DNA of 64,000 bases from a virus. A program made the position numbers and the translations under genes. The DNA lies in the IMG/VR virus record IMGVR_UViG_3300042453_005121, positions 86,763-150,762 of that record. One strand, 5' to 3'. Positions 1-9,418 of the stretch are shown piece by piece. Under the pieces are notes generated by a model. It saw nothing but the letters and a program-made list of their open reading frames with translations, searched no databases and was not told where the DNA came from. How positions within the stretch are numbered: position 1 is the stretch's first letter; every line of letters starts with the position of its first letter.

Positions 1-520
1 TGATCTGAAGGAATTCCTCTATGTCCGAGTGCTCTATGGGCATGTAGGCGGCGAAAGACCCTCTTCTTGCACTGCCCTGACTGATCACCTCGGCGACCTT
101 GTCGAATATCTCCATGAAGTGGACGGCGCCGCTGCTCTCCCCACCCACGCTGATCTTGGTGCCTCGAGGGCGGAGGTCTCCGAAGAAACCACTCGTGCCT
201 CCCCCCATCTTACTCATGATTCCTACCTCGGCAGACTTTGTCAGTATGGCCTCCATGTTGTCGGAAATGAAACTTCCGAAGCAACTGACGGGCAGGCCTC
301 GCTTGTTGCCGAAGTTGGTCCAAACCGGCGTTGCTAGGGAATAGAATCCCCTGCTCATGTAGTTTTCAAACTTGTCGGCAAAACCCTTGATCTTGAGTAT
401 CTTCTCGGCGTTTTCTGCTATCTGCCTGATTCTCTGCTCTGGCGTCGTGTCCGGCTCCAAATAGCCTCTCTCAAGAAAGAGACGGCTGTGGGAGTTTAGC
501 CAGTAATATTCTTTGGTCAT
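1..520 (-). CDS. nrdA: Ribonucleotide reductase class Ia alpha subunit, N-terminal part (runs off the window)
   Basis: Not in the ORF track. Manual translation from ATG at 520 gives MTKEYYWLNSHSRLFLERGYL...SLATPVWTNFG...GLPVSCFG...SKMGGGTSG...SQGSARRGSFAAY. Lies directly downstream of nrdB. Confidence 0.95.
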   Translation of the reverse strand, partial: MTKEYYWLNSHSRLFLERGYLEPDTTPEQRIRQIAENAEKILKIKGFADKFENYMSRGFYSLATPVWTNFGNKRGLPVSCFGSFISDNMEAILTKSAEVGIMSKMGGGTSGFFGDLRPRGTKISVGGESSGAVHFMEIFDKVAEVISQGSARRGSFAAYMPIEHSDIEEFLQI

Positions 521-562
521 TTTTGTCTTTCTGGGTTGGTTTTCTACTAGAGTACAGGCGGA

Positions 563-1534
563 TCAAAACAACTCTTCGGCGGCGAAACTTTTTGAACGCT
601 TTGAATACTCCACAGGTCTTGAATGAAAAAAATCTGATTGATTATTTCCCAAAACCTGCTCGTCAAACCACGTTGTTTTTGAGATTAATTCTTTGTTTAC
701 GTCAAATATTTTCTTGAATCCTATTTCTTTGAGAGACTCGTTCATTCTGTTTTTGACAAATTCCTTGAGAATTTCAGAATTAAGTTTCTCCTCGCCGTAC
801 CCATTGACAATCCACTCTATGATTTGGAGTTCATATTTGACTGCCTCGTTGGCCTCGTGAATGATCTTCTCCTTGAGTTCTTCATCAAAGAGTTCGGGGT
901 GCTCCTTCTTGATCACGTTGATTATTTTCATCCCGATCATCGCGTGGAGATTTTCTTCTCGGCTCGTGTATTCAACTTGCTTGTTCGTGTCTTTGAGAAC
1001 ATTCTTGTACCTTCCGAACCAGCTTATTGTATAGAACTGGGAGAAGAGGGCGATGTTTTCCACGAAAAGCGTGAAGAGTATCAGCGAGTAAATGAACTGT
1101 TTCTTGTTGTCCGCATGGAACTTGTGAAGATGCTTCCTGAGGTAGTTGACCCTACCCTTTATGATATCCAATTCTAGTATTTCGTCAAACGCATCATCTA
1201 TGCCGAGCACTTCAAGAAGACGTTCGTAGGCGTCGCCGTGGATGACCTCCGTGTTCGCCATGACGTATCCCATGTCGTTGATGCTCGGGTGGGGGAGGTT
1301 GTCGCCGAGTTTGGCCCAAAACTTCTTTACGCTGATCTCTAGTTGTCCGATCGTAGCGAGAGCACGGGTCATTATCTGCTGCTCCTGCTCTGTGAGAGAC
1401 ACCCTGAAGTCTTGAATGTCGCTTGAGAAACTGAATTCCTTGTCGGTCCAGAAACCATTGTGCATGGCCTCTATGAAATCTTGGGTCCACGGATATCGGT
1501 CAGGCTTCCTGCTAATCTGTTCTTCAAAAATCAT
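563..1534 (-). CDS. nrdB: Ribonucleotide reductase class Ia beta subunit
   Basis: Di-iron ligand motifs EVIH and EENLH, W-containing FWT motif, C-terminal DFF..RPVEY. Confidence 0.95.
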   Translation of the reverse strand: MIFEEQISRKPDRYPWTQDFIEAMHNGFWTDKEFSFSSDIQDFRVSLTEQEQQIMTRALATIGQLEISVKKFWAKLGDNLPHPSINDMGYVMANTEVIHGDAYERLLEVLGIDDAFDEILELDIIKGRVNYLRKHLHKFHADNKKQFIYSLILFTLFVENIALFSQFYTISWFGRYKNVLKDTNKQVEYTSREENLHAMIGMKIINVIKKEHPELFDEELKEKIIHEANEAVKYELQIIEWIVNGYGEEKLNSEILKEFVKNRMNESLKEIGFKKIFDVNKELISKTTWFDEQVLGNNQSDFFHSRPVEYSKRSKSFAAEELF

Positions 1535-1605
1535 TTTTTGTTTTCCTTATTGTAATAAACGACGAGGTATCTAAGATTGTTAATCAAAATTTTGCATCCG
1601 ATTGA

Positions 1606-2460
1606 TTAATAATAATTTTTTCTGCTACTTATGGCCGTGGAAACAAGTTCCCAAGCTCTTCTGCACGCATTTTCAAATGTGAATTTTTCAGAACAAAATT
1701 TCAAAAGTCTAGCGGCCATGTCGTTCAGCAATTCTTGATTGTTGTCCGCCCACTCGTATTTTTCAAATATATCGCCCATGTCGTGTCTCACCGGCACATG
1801 TAGATTTTGCTCCAAAATGAGCGTGTCGCTCCAGGCCAGAATTGGTCGTTCTGCTATAAACAGTGGCCTGTTGCAGAAAGGCAGCATTTTCAATCTCCCA
1901 CTACATCCTGTTCCAGAAAGGTCAATAAGATATTTGTAGCCGCAGAAGTCTTTCATGGGAGTGAATTTAGTGGGGGTTCTGCCGTGGTTCGTCCACCACA
2001 TTGAATCTCCAGCGAATTTGTCGGGATGAGTCTTGCAGAGTTCCACGTATTTGATTCTCTGGGGGACTCCTTGCAGGTTGCCCTTCCAGAACATTCTTTG
2101 ATCCTTGATGTTCTTCGGATCATTGTTTTCAACTATTTCGCGAATGAAACTATCAAAATTCACGAGGCCTATGTGCCACCAGTTTCCGAATATGTAATCA
2201 GGAAACAACTTTTGGTCTCTACCGAAAGAAGAAGTGTCAAACTCAATGAAATTAGACGCGTTCTCTTTTGGACTATCCTTAGTGGGTCCGTCGGCCGTAT
2301 TTATTCTTATGGTATAAGTCTGGTTCAATTCGCCCGACTCTTGGAGCATCTCAAAAACCCTGGTCATTATTTTGAGAAGACCTGCGTTTCTGCACTCCCA
2401 CATAGACTTGGTCATGAAGGAAAGGCTGTCGGGCGATATTGAAAATTCAACGTAGTTCAT
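1606..2460 (-). CDS. Glycosyltransferase family 90 (CAP10/POGLUT-like)
   Basis: Motifs FWKG, YKYLIDLSGTGCSGRLK and HVPVRHDMGD resemble Glyco_transf_90. Confidence 0.65.
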   Translation of the reverse strand: MNYVEFSISPDSLSFMTKSMWECRNAGLLKIMTRVFEMLQESGELNQTYTIRINTADGPTKDSPKENASNFIEFDTSSFGRDQKLFPDYIFGNWWHIGLVNFDSFIREIVENNDPKNIKDQRMFWKGNLQGVPQRIKYVELCKTHPDKFAGDSMWWTNHGRTPTKFTPMKDFCGYKYLIDLSGTGCSGRLKMLPFCNRPLFIAERPILAWSDTLILEQNLHVPVRHDMGDIFEKYEWADNNQELLNDMAARLLKFCSEKFTFENACRRAWELVSTAISSRKNYY

Positions 2461-4466
2461 TTCTTGTCCTTCATGGTTGTGAATCCTTTTCTCTTTTCAA
2501 GACTTATCAATTCACACCCATCCAGCATTTCAAGTAGATTTTGATCGTGCGTTGTTATGAACACTTGTCTATCTTTAGCAAGCTCCGAGATCATATTGTA
2601 TACCCCAACCACCCCAATTTGGTCAATGTTGGTTGTGACCTCGTCCAAGAAAACTAGACTTGGACACATGCCTGAATTCAACATCATGACGTGAGCGAAC
2701 GCTTGGGACACGGCCAAGTTCAATCTTCTTCTTTCTCCGCCGCTCATCGCATAATAAACGAATGGGTCGCCATCACTAGGGCTTCGTTGTATCTTCTCCT
2801 CCAGCTCATTGTCGAATTCCAATTTTATTTTACCATCTATCAAAAACTGAAGCCAGTAGGAGACCCTAGAATTTAATGCCGGTATGATTCCTTCTATCAC
2901 GAACTTTCTTATTCCTGTGTCGCCGAAAGCGGTTGTCCAGAACTCGTAATAGGGAAGTTCCTTTTCAAGCGAATCCAGCTCTAGTCCTTTGTTCTCAAAT
3001 TCCTCCAACTTGGATTTGATCTCCGAAGAAAGGGAATCAATCATTGGCCTGAAAGGGGTCTGACCCTCCAATTCTGATTTCTTTGACTCGGCCTGCTCCT
3101 TCAATCCATCAATCTGCTGTTCAAGGAGTTTGTTCTTAACATCATCAGATTGGGGCTTTTCAATCTTGTTGAGTTCCGAGAGTTCTTTTCTTTTTTCCGA
3201 AAGTTCTCTTGAAGTCTTGAGCATATTGTTCTTGGCAGAATCCAGGCCGACCGATATCTTGGACAGAGTCTCGTTCAAATCCTTAAGCCGGCTCTCTGAT
3301 TTTATTTTTTCGGCTCGCTCCGAATCGCACTTCTCCTTCGTCTCCTTCGTCTTGGCGAGCAGTTGTTTTGTGTATTTTCCGTAATTATCTTTTGAGACAG
3401 TGCCAAAGCATAGTTTGCATGTGGCGCCTTCGTTCTTTTCAAGTCTGGAGATTTCTTTTTCATCGTCAGAAATCTGGACTTCCAGGCCCTTTATCAAAGA
3501 CTCAGACTTAGATATCAATATTTGAAGTTCATTCTGCTTTTGTTTGTTTGAAGAAAACTTCTCTTGAGCCAGATCAAGAATCTCCTGTATCTTTATCTGT
3601 TTGCCTTCTGATTCTGGTATTTCGTTATTGAGTTCGGCTATTCTTTCTTGGGCTGATCTATATCTTGAGGACTCCGCTCCGTCCGAGGTAGATTCAAGTT
3701 GTGATTTTATTTCTTTAATTCTAGCGATTAGGTCCTTGAGTTCTCCCTTTCTCTGTTCTGTCCATTTTTCCTCTTGTTCAATCGCCATCTTGAGTCTTGA
3801 ACGCGAAACTTCCAACTCTTGTCTGGCGGTTTCGTGGGATTGTTGGGCGAGTTTTATGGCATCCTTTTTGTCTTTCCTGAGGTTTTTTGCCCTTTCGGCG
3901 AAGTTCTTGTATTTGTCCAAGGAAAGAAGATTTTCAACTATCTCTCGCTTGCTCGCCGCATCGCATTCAAGAAAGCTGCCAGTGTTGTTATCGGTGAATA
4001 CGACAACGTTCACGAAAGTTTCGTAGTTGAGGCCGAGTTTATCTTCGAGTAACTTTTGAGTCGCCGGCTGTCCTCCGAGGCTTATTTCAGTGCTGTCGTC
4101 CCACGTCCCTTCTGCGCTCTCCCATAATCTCAGGGAATCGGGCTTTCTGGTTCTTACCGCCCTGAAGTTCCCCCACCTTACCTCCGTCTTGAGACCCTTT
4201 CCGATTTGATTATTTATAACGTCCTTGTGATTGACTTTTTTGGGGTGTTTTATAGTCTTGCCGAAAAGGGTGTAGACTATGATTTCTGGGATGCTGCTTT
4301 TTCCAACTCCGTTGCTTGCGACCCTTGAGTCGCTGTCCACGACGTCAAAATTGCTTCCCCTGACGAGGACTATGTTCCCGTAATTGGAGAAATCCAACTC
4401 AAAGCCTTCGGGGCCGAAGCAAAGAAAATTCTGGGCTTGGACGTACTTGATGTCAAGACTTTTCAC
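2457..4466 (-). CDS. SbcC/Rad50-like recombination endonuclease ATPase subunit (T4 gp46-like)
   Basis: Walker A NGVGKSS, coiled coil with CKLC zinc hook, signature MSGGE, Walker B LDE. Confidence 0.92.
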   Translation of the reverse strand: MKSLDIKYVQAQNFLCFGPEGFELDFSNYGNIVLVRGSNFDVVDSDSRVASNGVGKSSIPEIIVYTLFGKTIKHPKKVNHKDVINNQIGKGLKTEVRWGNFRAVRTRKPDSLRLWESAEGTWDDSTEISLGGQPATQKLLEDKLGLNYETFVNVVVFTDNNTGSFLECDAASKREIVENLLSLDKYKNFAERAKNLRKDKKDAIKLAQQSHETARQELEVSRSRLKMAIEQEEKWTEQRKGELKDLIARIKEIKSQLESTSDGAESSRYRSAQERIAELNNEIPESEGKQIKIQEILDLAQEKFSSNKQKQNELQILISKSESLIKGLEVQISDDEKEISRLEKNEGATCKLCFGTVSKDNYGKYTKQLLAKTKETKEKCDSERAEKIKSESRLKDLNETLSKISVGLDSAKNNMLKTSRELSEKRKELSELNKIEKPQSDDVKNKLLEQQIDGLKEQAESKKSELEGQTPFRPMIDSLSSEIKSKLEEFENKGLELDSLEKELPYYEFWTTAFGDTGIRKFVIEGIIPALNSRVSYWLQFLIDGKIKLEFDNELEEKIQRSPSDGDPFVYYAMSGGERRRLNLAVSQAFAHVMMLNSGMCPSLVFLDEVTTNIDQIGVVGVYNMISELAKDRQVFITTHDQNLLEMLDGCELISLEKRKGFTTMKDKK

Positions 4467-5548
4467 GATTCAACTCTCTGGCATATTTCTGAGCCTATCT
4501 TGATGAGGAATTTTTTGTCTAAACCCTCTACGTTAGCCTGCTCCACATAACGCTCCAGCATCTCTTCCTCCTTGTAGAGTATGGCTTTTGCGTCCTTGAT
4601 CATATGATCTTCTTTTTTTTGCGATTGCTTGATTTCAAGCGTGGCGACCTTGGAACCTTCGGTGAGCCGTTGGCGGATGTCGGACATCTGCTTGTCTGCT
4701 AGGTCACTGACTTCAAGCCGAACGAACTGTCCTTCAAGTTCATGGTCGGAAATTTCATCCTCGTTCAAGATATAGTGCTTCGGACTAAAGGTGTTTTTGA
4801 CGTATTCTTTTTCGTCAGATTCCGTGTCATATATGATTAGATGCTTGTCTTGGAAGGCCTCTCCGAAGCTCAATTGCAGTGGCGATCCGACGTATTCCAC
4901 CTTCTCGTTCAATTTCTGGGCTGCGTGATAGTGACCCAGAAAAACTCTATCCCAAGAATCAAATATCTCGGGGCCGACCCTGACCATGTCTCCATCGTGC
5001 TCTATCGCCACATCACTGGTGGTGTTGTATCGCACGTTCCATATCGCGCCGTCAACGGACACATGGCCTCCGAGTATCTTTTGATTCTTTGGATTTTTGC
5101 TATTCCACTCTTGATCTATCTTTTTCAAATCCTCAATTGGATTATGTGTGTAAGGAAGCATTGCAAAAAAGAATTTTTCTTCCTTGTCAGATAGAACTTC
5201 TACGGAAGGCGAGTTCACAATTCTGACCCCCGGAAGATTTCTGAGCGGGTTGACGCTTGAGACATCCAATTTTTGGTAGTGCCACAGGTCGTGGTTTCCA
5301 AGCAAAAGAGTCAGATTTAATTCGTTTCCGCAGAGGTGTTCTTCAAATATTTCAAAAGTCTTTTGGTAGGTCAACACGTCTATTTTTTGGCGATCATGAA
5401 AGAGATCCCCCAAAAAGACTATATTTTTGATCTTTTTTTCCAATGCGGTCCTGAACGTCCAGTCAAGGGTTTGGATACAATGATCAAGCCGTTCGGCCGA
5501 TTTCTTGTGAGGGTGGATGTGAATGTCGCTGAAAATGATTATTTTCAT
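4463..5548 (-). CDS. SbcD/Mre11-like nuclease subunit (T4 gp47-like)
   Basis: Metallophosphoesterase motifs SDIH, GDLF, GNHD, GHYH, YVGS. Coupled to gp46. Start taken at MKIIIF. Confidence 0.92.
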   Translation of the reverse strand: MKIIIFSDIHIHPHKKSAERLDHCIQTLDWTFRTALEKKIKNIVFLGDLFHDRQKIDVLTYQKTFEIFEEHLCGNELNLTLLLGNHDLWHYQKLDVSSVNPLRNLPGVRIVNSPSVEVLSDKEEKFFFAMLPYTHNPIEDLKKIDQEWNSKNPKNQKILGGHVSVDGAIWNVRYNTTSDVAIEHDGDMVRVGPEIFDSWDRVFLGHYHAAQKLNEKVEYVGSPLQLSFGEAFQDKHLIIYDTESDEKEYVKNTFSPKHYILNEDEISDHELEGQFVRLEVSDLADKQMSDIRQRLTEGSKVATLEIKQSQKKEDHMIKDAKAILYKEEEMLERYVEQANVEGLDKKFLIKIGSEICQRVES

Positions 5549-5629
5549 GGATTTTAGCATGATCTTACCAAGACACGCCCAAGCAGTCCATAGATGTTCG
5601 TATCAATATTTTAGAATTGAACAATAAAT

Positions 5630-6388
5630 ATGAATATCATGAAACTAGTCATAAATTCAAATGTGAATTACGAAAAACCACTTCGCAAATTGTTTTTGTC
5701 CTTGCGTGGAGCGGGATTCAGGGATTACAAGAACATAATCGTTGTGAGGGGCCAATCAGAGTCTGACGAGGAGCCCAAAAAGGTCAAAATTTCCAAGGTT
5801 GTGAAATTGGGCATTCGTGATGAACTGACGTTAATCAACATGCGTTTGAATAACTTTGACTACACTGGGTATCATGCCCTGAATGTTTATAAAGAACACC
5901 CCCTCGTGAGTTCAGACTGGTATATGTACATTTTGGACACCGTTACGGTGAACAGCCTATTCGTGTCGTTCATCAATTCGGCATGCCCTGATCCGGATGA
6001 GTTGATGATCACCATGCGTCCTCATTCAAACATATGTGCATTTGGCAGTGAGGTGATAAAGAACTACGGAAACAATTTCGGCACGCCGTTGACAAAGGAC
6101 GAGGCAATAAGACTTGAGTTTGATTCGCCGATAGAAAAAAACGTAGCGAGCATATCAAGGTTCGGAAGAATAACTCAGATGAATACGAGATATTTGGTAG
6201 GAGAGGCCGACATATATGGAACGGGACATCCAAGAAAAAATCTTTATTACCCAGACTTCGGATTGAGCAAATGGATATTCTGGGGGAGGACTGGTGATAT
6301 CTTGGGAGACGTCCAAGAGAACAAAGTGTGGACGAGCGACGAGATCGCCAGATTCAAAAAAGAAAACAAGCCCGAATCATTTTTTTAA
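5630..6388 (+). CDS. Hypothetical protein, possibly glycosyltransferase-like
   Basis: 252-aa ORF with ATAAATA just upstream of the start. No firm motif. Confidence 0.55.
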   Translation: MNIMKLVINSNVNYEKPLRKLFLSLRGAGFRDYKNIIVVRGQSESDEEPKKVKISKVVKLGIRDELTLINMRLNNFDYTGYHALNVYKEHPLVSSDWYMYILDTVTVNSLFVSFINSACPDPDELMITMRPHSNICAFGSEVIKNYGNNFGTPLTKDEAIRLEFDSPIEKNVASISRFGRITQMNTRYLVGEADIYGTGHPRKNLYYPDFGLSKWIFWGRTGDILGDVQENKVWTSDEIARFKKENKPESFF

Positions 6389-6691
6389 CGATTTGCTCAA
6401 AGCGGTCCAGACGTCAGAACTTTTTATCTTTTGAACCGTCGTTCCGCCTGGTTGCGGCGAACTGGGATCGCCTGGGGCCGATGGCGCTCCTATGGAAGGT
6501 CCTCCCATGGGCGGTCCTCCCAAGCCCATAGGCGGACCACCGCCCCCTAAGCCTGGCGGAGGGCCGCTGCCAAATCCGGGGATGCTCGGCCCTCCCGGAG
6601 GTGGGCCTGGTGGGGGTGGTGGCTTTCCTCCACTTGGTGGAGGAGCCGGTGGAGTCGCTTCTAATATAAGGAATTGGTGAAAAGTAAGCAC
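6377..6691 (-). CDS. Pro/Gly-rich protein with N-terminal capsid-targeting-like tag
   Basis: MLTFHQFLILEA followed by low-complexity Pro/Gly. CTATATA lies 4 nt upstream of the GTG start. Confidence 0.65.
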   Translation of the reverse strand: MLTFHQFLILEATPPAPPPSGGKPPPPPGPPPGGPSIPGFGSGPPPGLGGGGPPMGLGGPPMGGPSIGAPSAPGDPSSPQPGGTTVQKIKSSDVWTALSKSLKK

Positions 6692-6744
6692 GAATTATAT
6701 AGCCCAGATAATAGATATATTTGTATGCAACAAGGAGTGTTTAA

Positions 6745-6915
6745 ATGGACGCAAAGGATTTGATGACCTTTATTGTTACCCTTTTCGTTCCGCCTCTCGG
6801 GGTGGCTCTGAAATCGGGATTCGGAACTCATTTTTGGGTGAATCTGGCTCTTACGGTGTTCGGTTTTTACATTGCGGGGATGGTTCACGGCGTTTACGTC
6901 GTGCTCAAGGACTAA
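6745..6915 (+). CDS. Pmp3/YqaE (UPF0057) small membrane protein
   Basis: Below the ORF-track cutoff. Translates as MDAKDLMTFIVTLFVPPLGVALKSGFGTHFWVNLALTVFGFYIAGMVHGVYVVLKD (56 aa), with PPLGV motif, two hydrophobic helices and an AAGGAG SD. Confidence 0.88.
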   Translation: MDAKDLMTFIVTLFVPPLGVALKSGFGTHFWVNLALTVFGFYIAGMVHGVYVVLKD

Positions 6916-7502
6916 AAATTAATTTGCGGAATCCTTGATATCACCAAATTCCAGTTCGTCGAAACCCATTTCTTGAATGTTTCTTCGGCCTTTTTGGGGC
7001 CGACCTCATCGGTTTTGCCTTTGGTCTGAAACTCTATCTCGTGGGTTGTTTCGTGTATTATGGTGCTAGCTATTTCCAGAACGGCTTCTTTTGTGTCGCC
7101 AAACTCCCTGACTATCTTTTGTACGTTCACGTGAATCACGTCACTAGGGGCGAGCTGTCTTTCATCTATATCTGGAATGTATTGTTTTATAACTGAATTT
7201 GGTATTCTTTGTAAGTTTTGCTGTTGTGCAGCGGAATGGCCGAATTTGAACCTTATTTTATTAGAAGCGGCAGGACCTATGATTTTTTTGTTTTCTGAAG
7301 AGTTGTATAGCCCATAAACTCCGGAATATAGGGGTGCAATGGTACTTATGTTGTTCAAAAGCTTCTGTCCTGTTGATTTGGAGTACAACTGGACCAGTTT
7401 TATTGCATACTTTGCCTTGTCGTACAACTGGTCTATTCTGCTTTCCACATTTTCTGTTCCGAGGGTGGAATTCTCCCCGAGCCATGATTTGAAATGTCCC
7501 AT
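6912..7502 (-). CDS. Putative zincin-like (HExxH) protein with capsid-targeting-like tag
   Basis: Start reassigned to MGHFKSWLGE. Contains IIHETTHE followed by a downstream E. Confidence 0.6.
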   Translation of the reverse strand: MGHFKSWLGENSTLGTENVESRIDQLYDKAKYAIKLVQLYSKSTGQKLLNNISTIAPLYSGVYGLYNSSENKKIIGPAASNKIRFKFGHSAAQQQNLQRIPNSVIKQYIPDIDERQLAPSDVIHVNVQKIVREFGDTKEAVLEIASTIIHETTHEIEFQTKGKTDEVGPKKAEETFKKWVSTNWNLVISRIPQINF

Positions 7503-7530
7503 TTGAATTATATATAATCGGGAGAAAAAA

Positions 7531-7737
7531 ATGGACATTTCGTATTTTTCAATGTGGCTTTTTCCTTTGTTGTTTATTTTTTCTTTGGTTGCTATTTTTT
7601 TGCACAACAAACGAAAATCCGAGACTTTGCAGTCTCAATTCGTAGTCACAGGTTGCCTTCTAATGATTTTTTATACCGTGTGTTTTCTTTCTGGAATATG
7701 CACGATTCTTAATTTCTTATGGCGATGGGTATTATGA
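7531..7737 (+). CDS. Small two-TM membrane protein
   Basis: 68 aa with two hydrophobic segments and a GGAG SD. Confidence 0.5.
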   Translation: MDISYFSMWLFPLLFIFSLVAIFLHNKRKSETLQSQFVVTGCLLMIFYTVCFLSGICTILNFLWRWVL

Positions 7738-8447
7738 AAAATTTGAATCTTCTCATACGCGGGCATATAAGAAATTCTTTTGATGATGACAAATTCATCA
7801 ATCTTATACGTGCGTTCTCAGAAAGCTACAAACTAGATATATTCATACACACTTGGAACATAGTCCAGAACAACATAAGTTGGCGTCACGTTCCCGAAAT
7901 AAAAAATGACGTCAGTGAGGAACATATTCGTTTGTACTTTAAGGAGTTTGAAAAAAACATAAAGTCAATCCAGATAGATGACGACAGCAAGATAGAACAT
8001 CGCGGAAATACTTCGGGAAACATAGGTTTTACTCCGTGTCCCGTTCTTGCGTGGAAAAATATGTATTATGGTAAAATGCGTCTAGTGGATAGAGTGGCAG
8101 AAAAAGTTAATGGAAACGAAGTGGCAGTACAGACTAGATTTGATCTCCTTTCAAATAGTTTCAGTCCAGAAGTGCATGATGTAATAAGATTTTTGAAGGA
8201 AAATTATGATTCAATAGCTGAAGGCGACAACCAAGAAAAATTAAGGTTCATATGGATGCATCCATTCATAGGTATTGACAACATATACATGGCTTCAATA
8301 AGAAACATGCAGAAATTCGTAAGATACATGTATTTTGACATGGACAGAATACTAGAATTTCACAAAGAAACACGTCATCAAGAACACATAAGCTTTCACG
8401 AAAGGTTTTCGCCGTTCATAAATACACATCATAGTCTAGGCGAATGA
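7734..8447 (+). CDS. Hypothetical glycan-related protein
   Basis: LLIRGHIR, DIFIHTW and TRFD motifs, a pattern common in viral GT-like proteins. Confidence 0.5.
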   Translation: MKNLNLLIRGHIRNSFDDDKFINLIRAFSESYKLDIFIHTWNIVQNNISWRHVPEIKNDVSEEHIRLYFKEFEKNIKSIQIDDDSKIEHRGNTSGNIGFTPCPVLAWKNMYYGKMRLVDRVAEKVNGNEVAVQTRFDLLSNSFSPEVHDVIRFLKENYDSIAEGDNQEKLRFIWMHPFIGIDNIYMASIRNMQKFVRYMYFDMDRILEFHKETRHQEHISFHERFSPFINTHHSLGE

Positions 8448-9342
8448 TCCTGTGGGTGGCTTTTGAACCGCCACCGAGGAATGGACCGGAATATTCGTTA
8501 TCGTTCTTTTTGTAAAGTACGCATGTTGGTTTGCCAACATCATCATAAAAAGTTATTGAATCTCCAGAGGCAGACCAGAACGTCTCGTTGTGATGATGGT
8601 ACATTCCGATCTTGCCGTCCTCTCTCAATTTTATGGTTCCATAGTGCCTATTGCCGTCGGAACCACCCCAGAAACTGTAACAGTTGTGGGGTCTTTTGGA
8701 TTCGGATTTGTCCATATTGAAGATGTAATACCATAGTCTTTCGCAATAGTGTCCGCACTCAGGATTGATTGTGGCAAGTTCTTTTTGTATGAGATTTATG
8801 TATCTTGAAATATTTGATTCAAGAATAAGTTTCACAGATACTCCGAAGCAGCCGTTCCAGAATATGGGCAAAGATGTTGACATTCCGGCCCTCACGTGTT
8901 TTTCGCACCATTCTTTGACGTTGCAATTTGCCGAACTTGTTTCTCCCGCCCAACTGGGACATCTTCCCGCATTCAAGAAGTCGTAGGGATTTGACATCCT
9001 GTAGTTGTACGTGTAGTCAAGATTTTCTTCGGCCACAGCATCAATCCACCTCATTATGTTTTCTGCGTCCATTCCGTGTGGACTTCCTTGTACAAAAAAA
9101 ATGAAATCCGAAGATTCTTTGGACTTCAACTCGTCCCAACGATTGACGCAGTGCCAGATGTACGTGTGAGATTCCCTTCCGACGTTCGTCAGATAAGAAT
9201 GACACGTTTTTTCCATTGAAGAGAGATCGGGCTCTTGTTCGCTTTTTGTGTAGACAAATACATTTCCCAAAAGATTGTGTTTCAATCTCCGGACCCAGTC
9301 AATATTTTCTTTGTAGTGGGCGACTACCACGTCAAATTTCAT
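8416..9342 (-). CDS. DUF3431-like protein (putative glycosyltransferase-related)
   Basis: VVAHYKENIDW, NVGRESHTY, FVQG, ERLWYYIF. Confidence 0.65.
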   Translation of the reverse strand: MKFDVVVAHYKENIDWVRRLKHNLLGNVFVYTKSEQEPDLSSMEKTCHSYLTNVGRESHTYIWHCVNRWDELKSKESSDFIFFVQGSPHGMDAENIMRWIDAVAEENLDYTYNYRMSNPYDFLNAGRCPSWAGETSSANCNVKEWCEKHVRAGMSTSLPIFWNGCFGVSVKLILESNISRYINLIQKELATINPECGHYCERLWYYIFNMDKSESKRPHNCYSFWGGSDGNRHYGTIKLREDGKIGMYHHHNETFWSASGDSITFYDDVGKPTCVLYKKNDNEYSGPFLGGGSKATHRIIRLDYDVYL

Positions 9343-9383
9343 GATGAAAACCCGCCTGATTTTGTTTGATGACTATAATATAG

Positions 9384-9412
9384 TTGAAAAAAGAGCCGTT
9401 TTTTGCTATGAT
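9384..9412 (+). promoter_or_regulatory. Sigma70-type promoter for the helicase, likely giving a leaderless mRNA
   Basis: TTGAAA-17 nt-TATGAT with an extended TG. ATG at 9419 falls at the expected +1. Confidence 0.65.
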
Positions 9413-9418
9413 GAAAGT

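Noticed and set aside
6492-6680. Plus-strand Pro/Gly ORF, and the idea of a eukaryotic polyproline mimic
   Set aside because: It is the antisense shadow of 6377-6691 (CCN/GGN symmetry). Low complexity alone is not evidence of mimicry.
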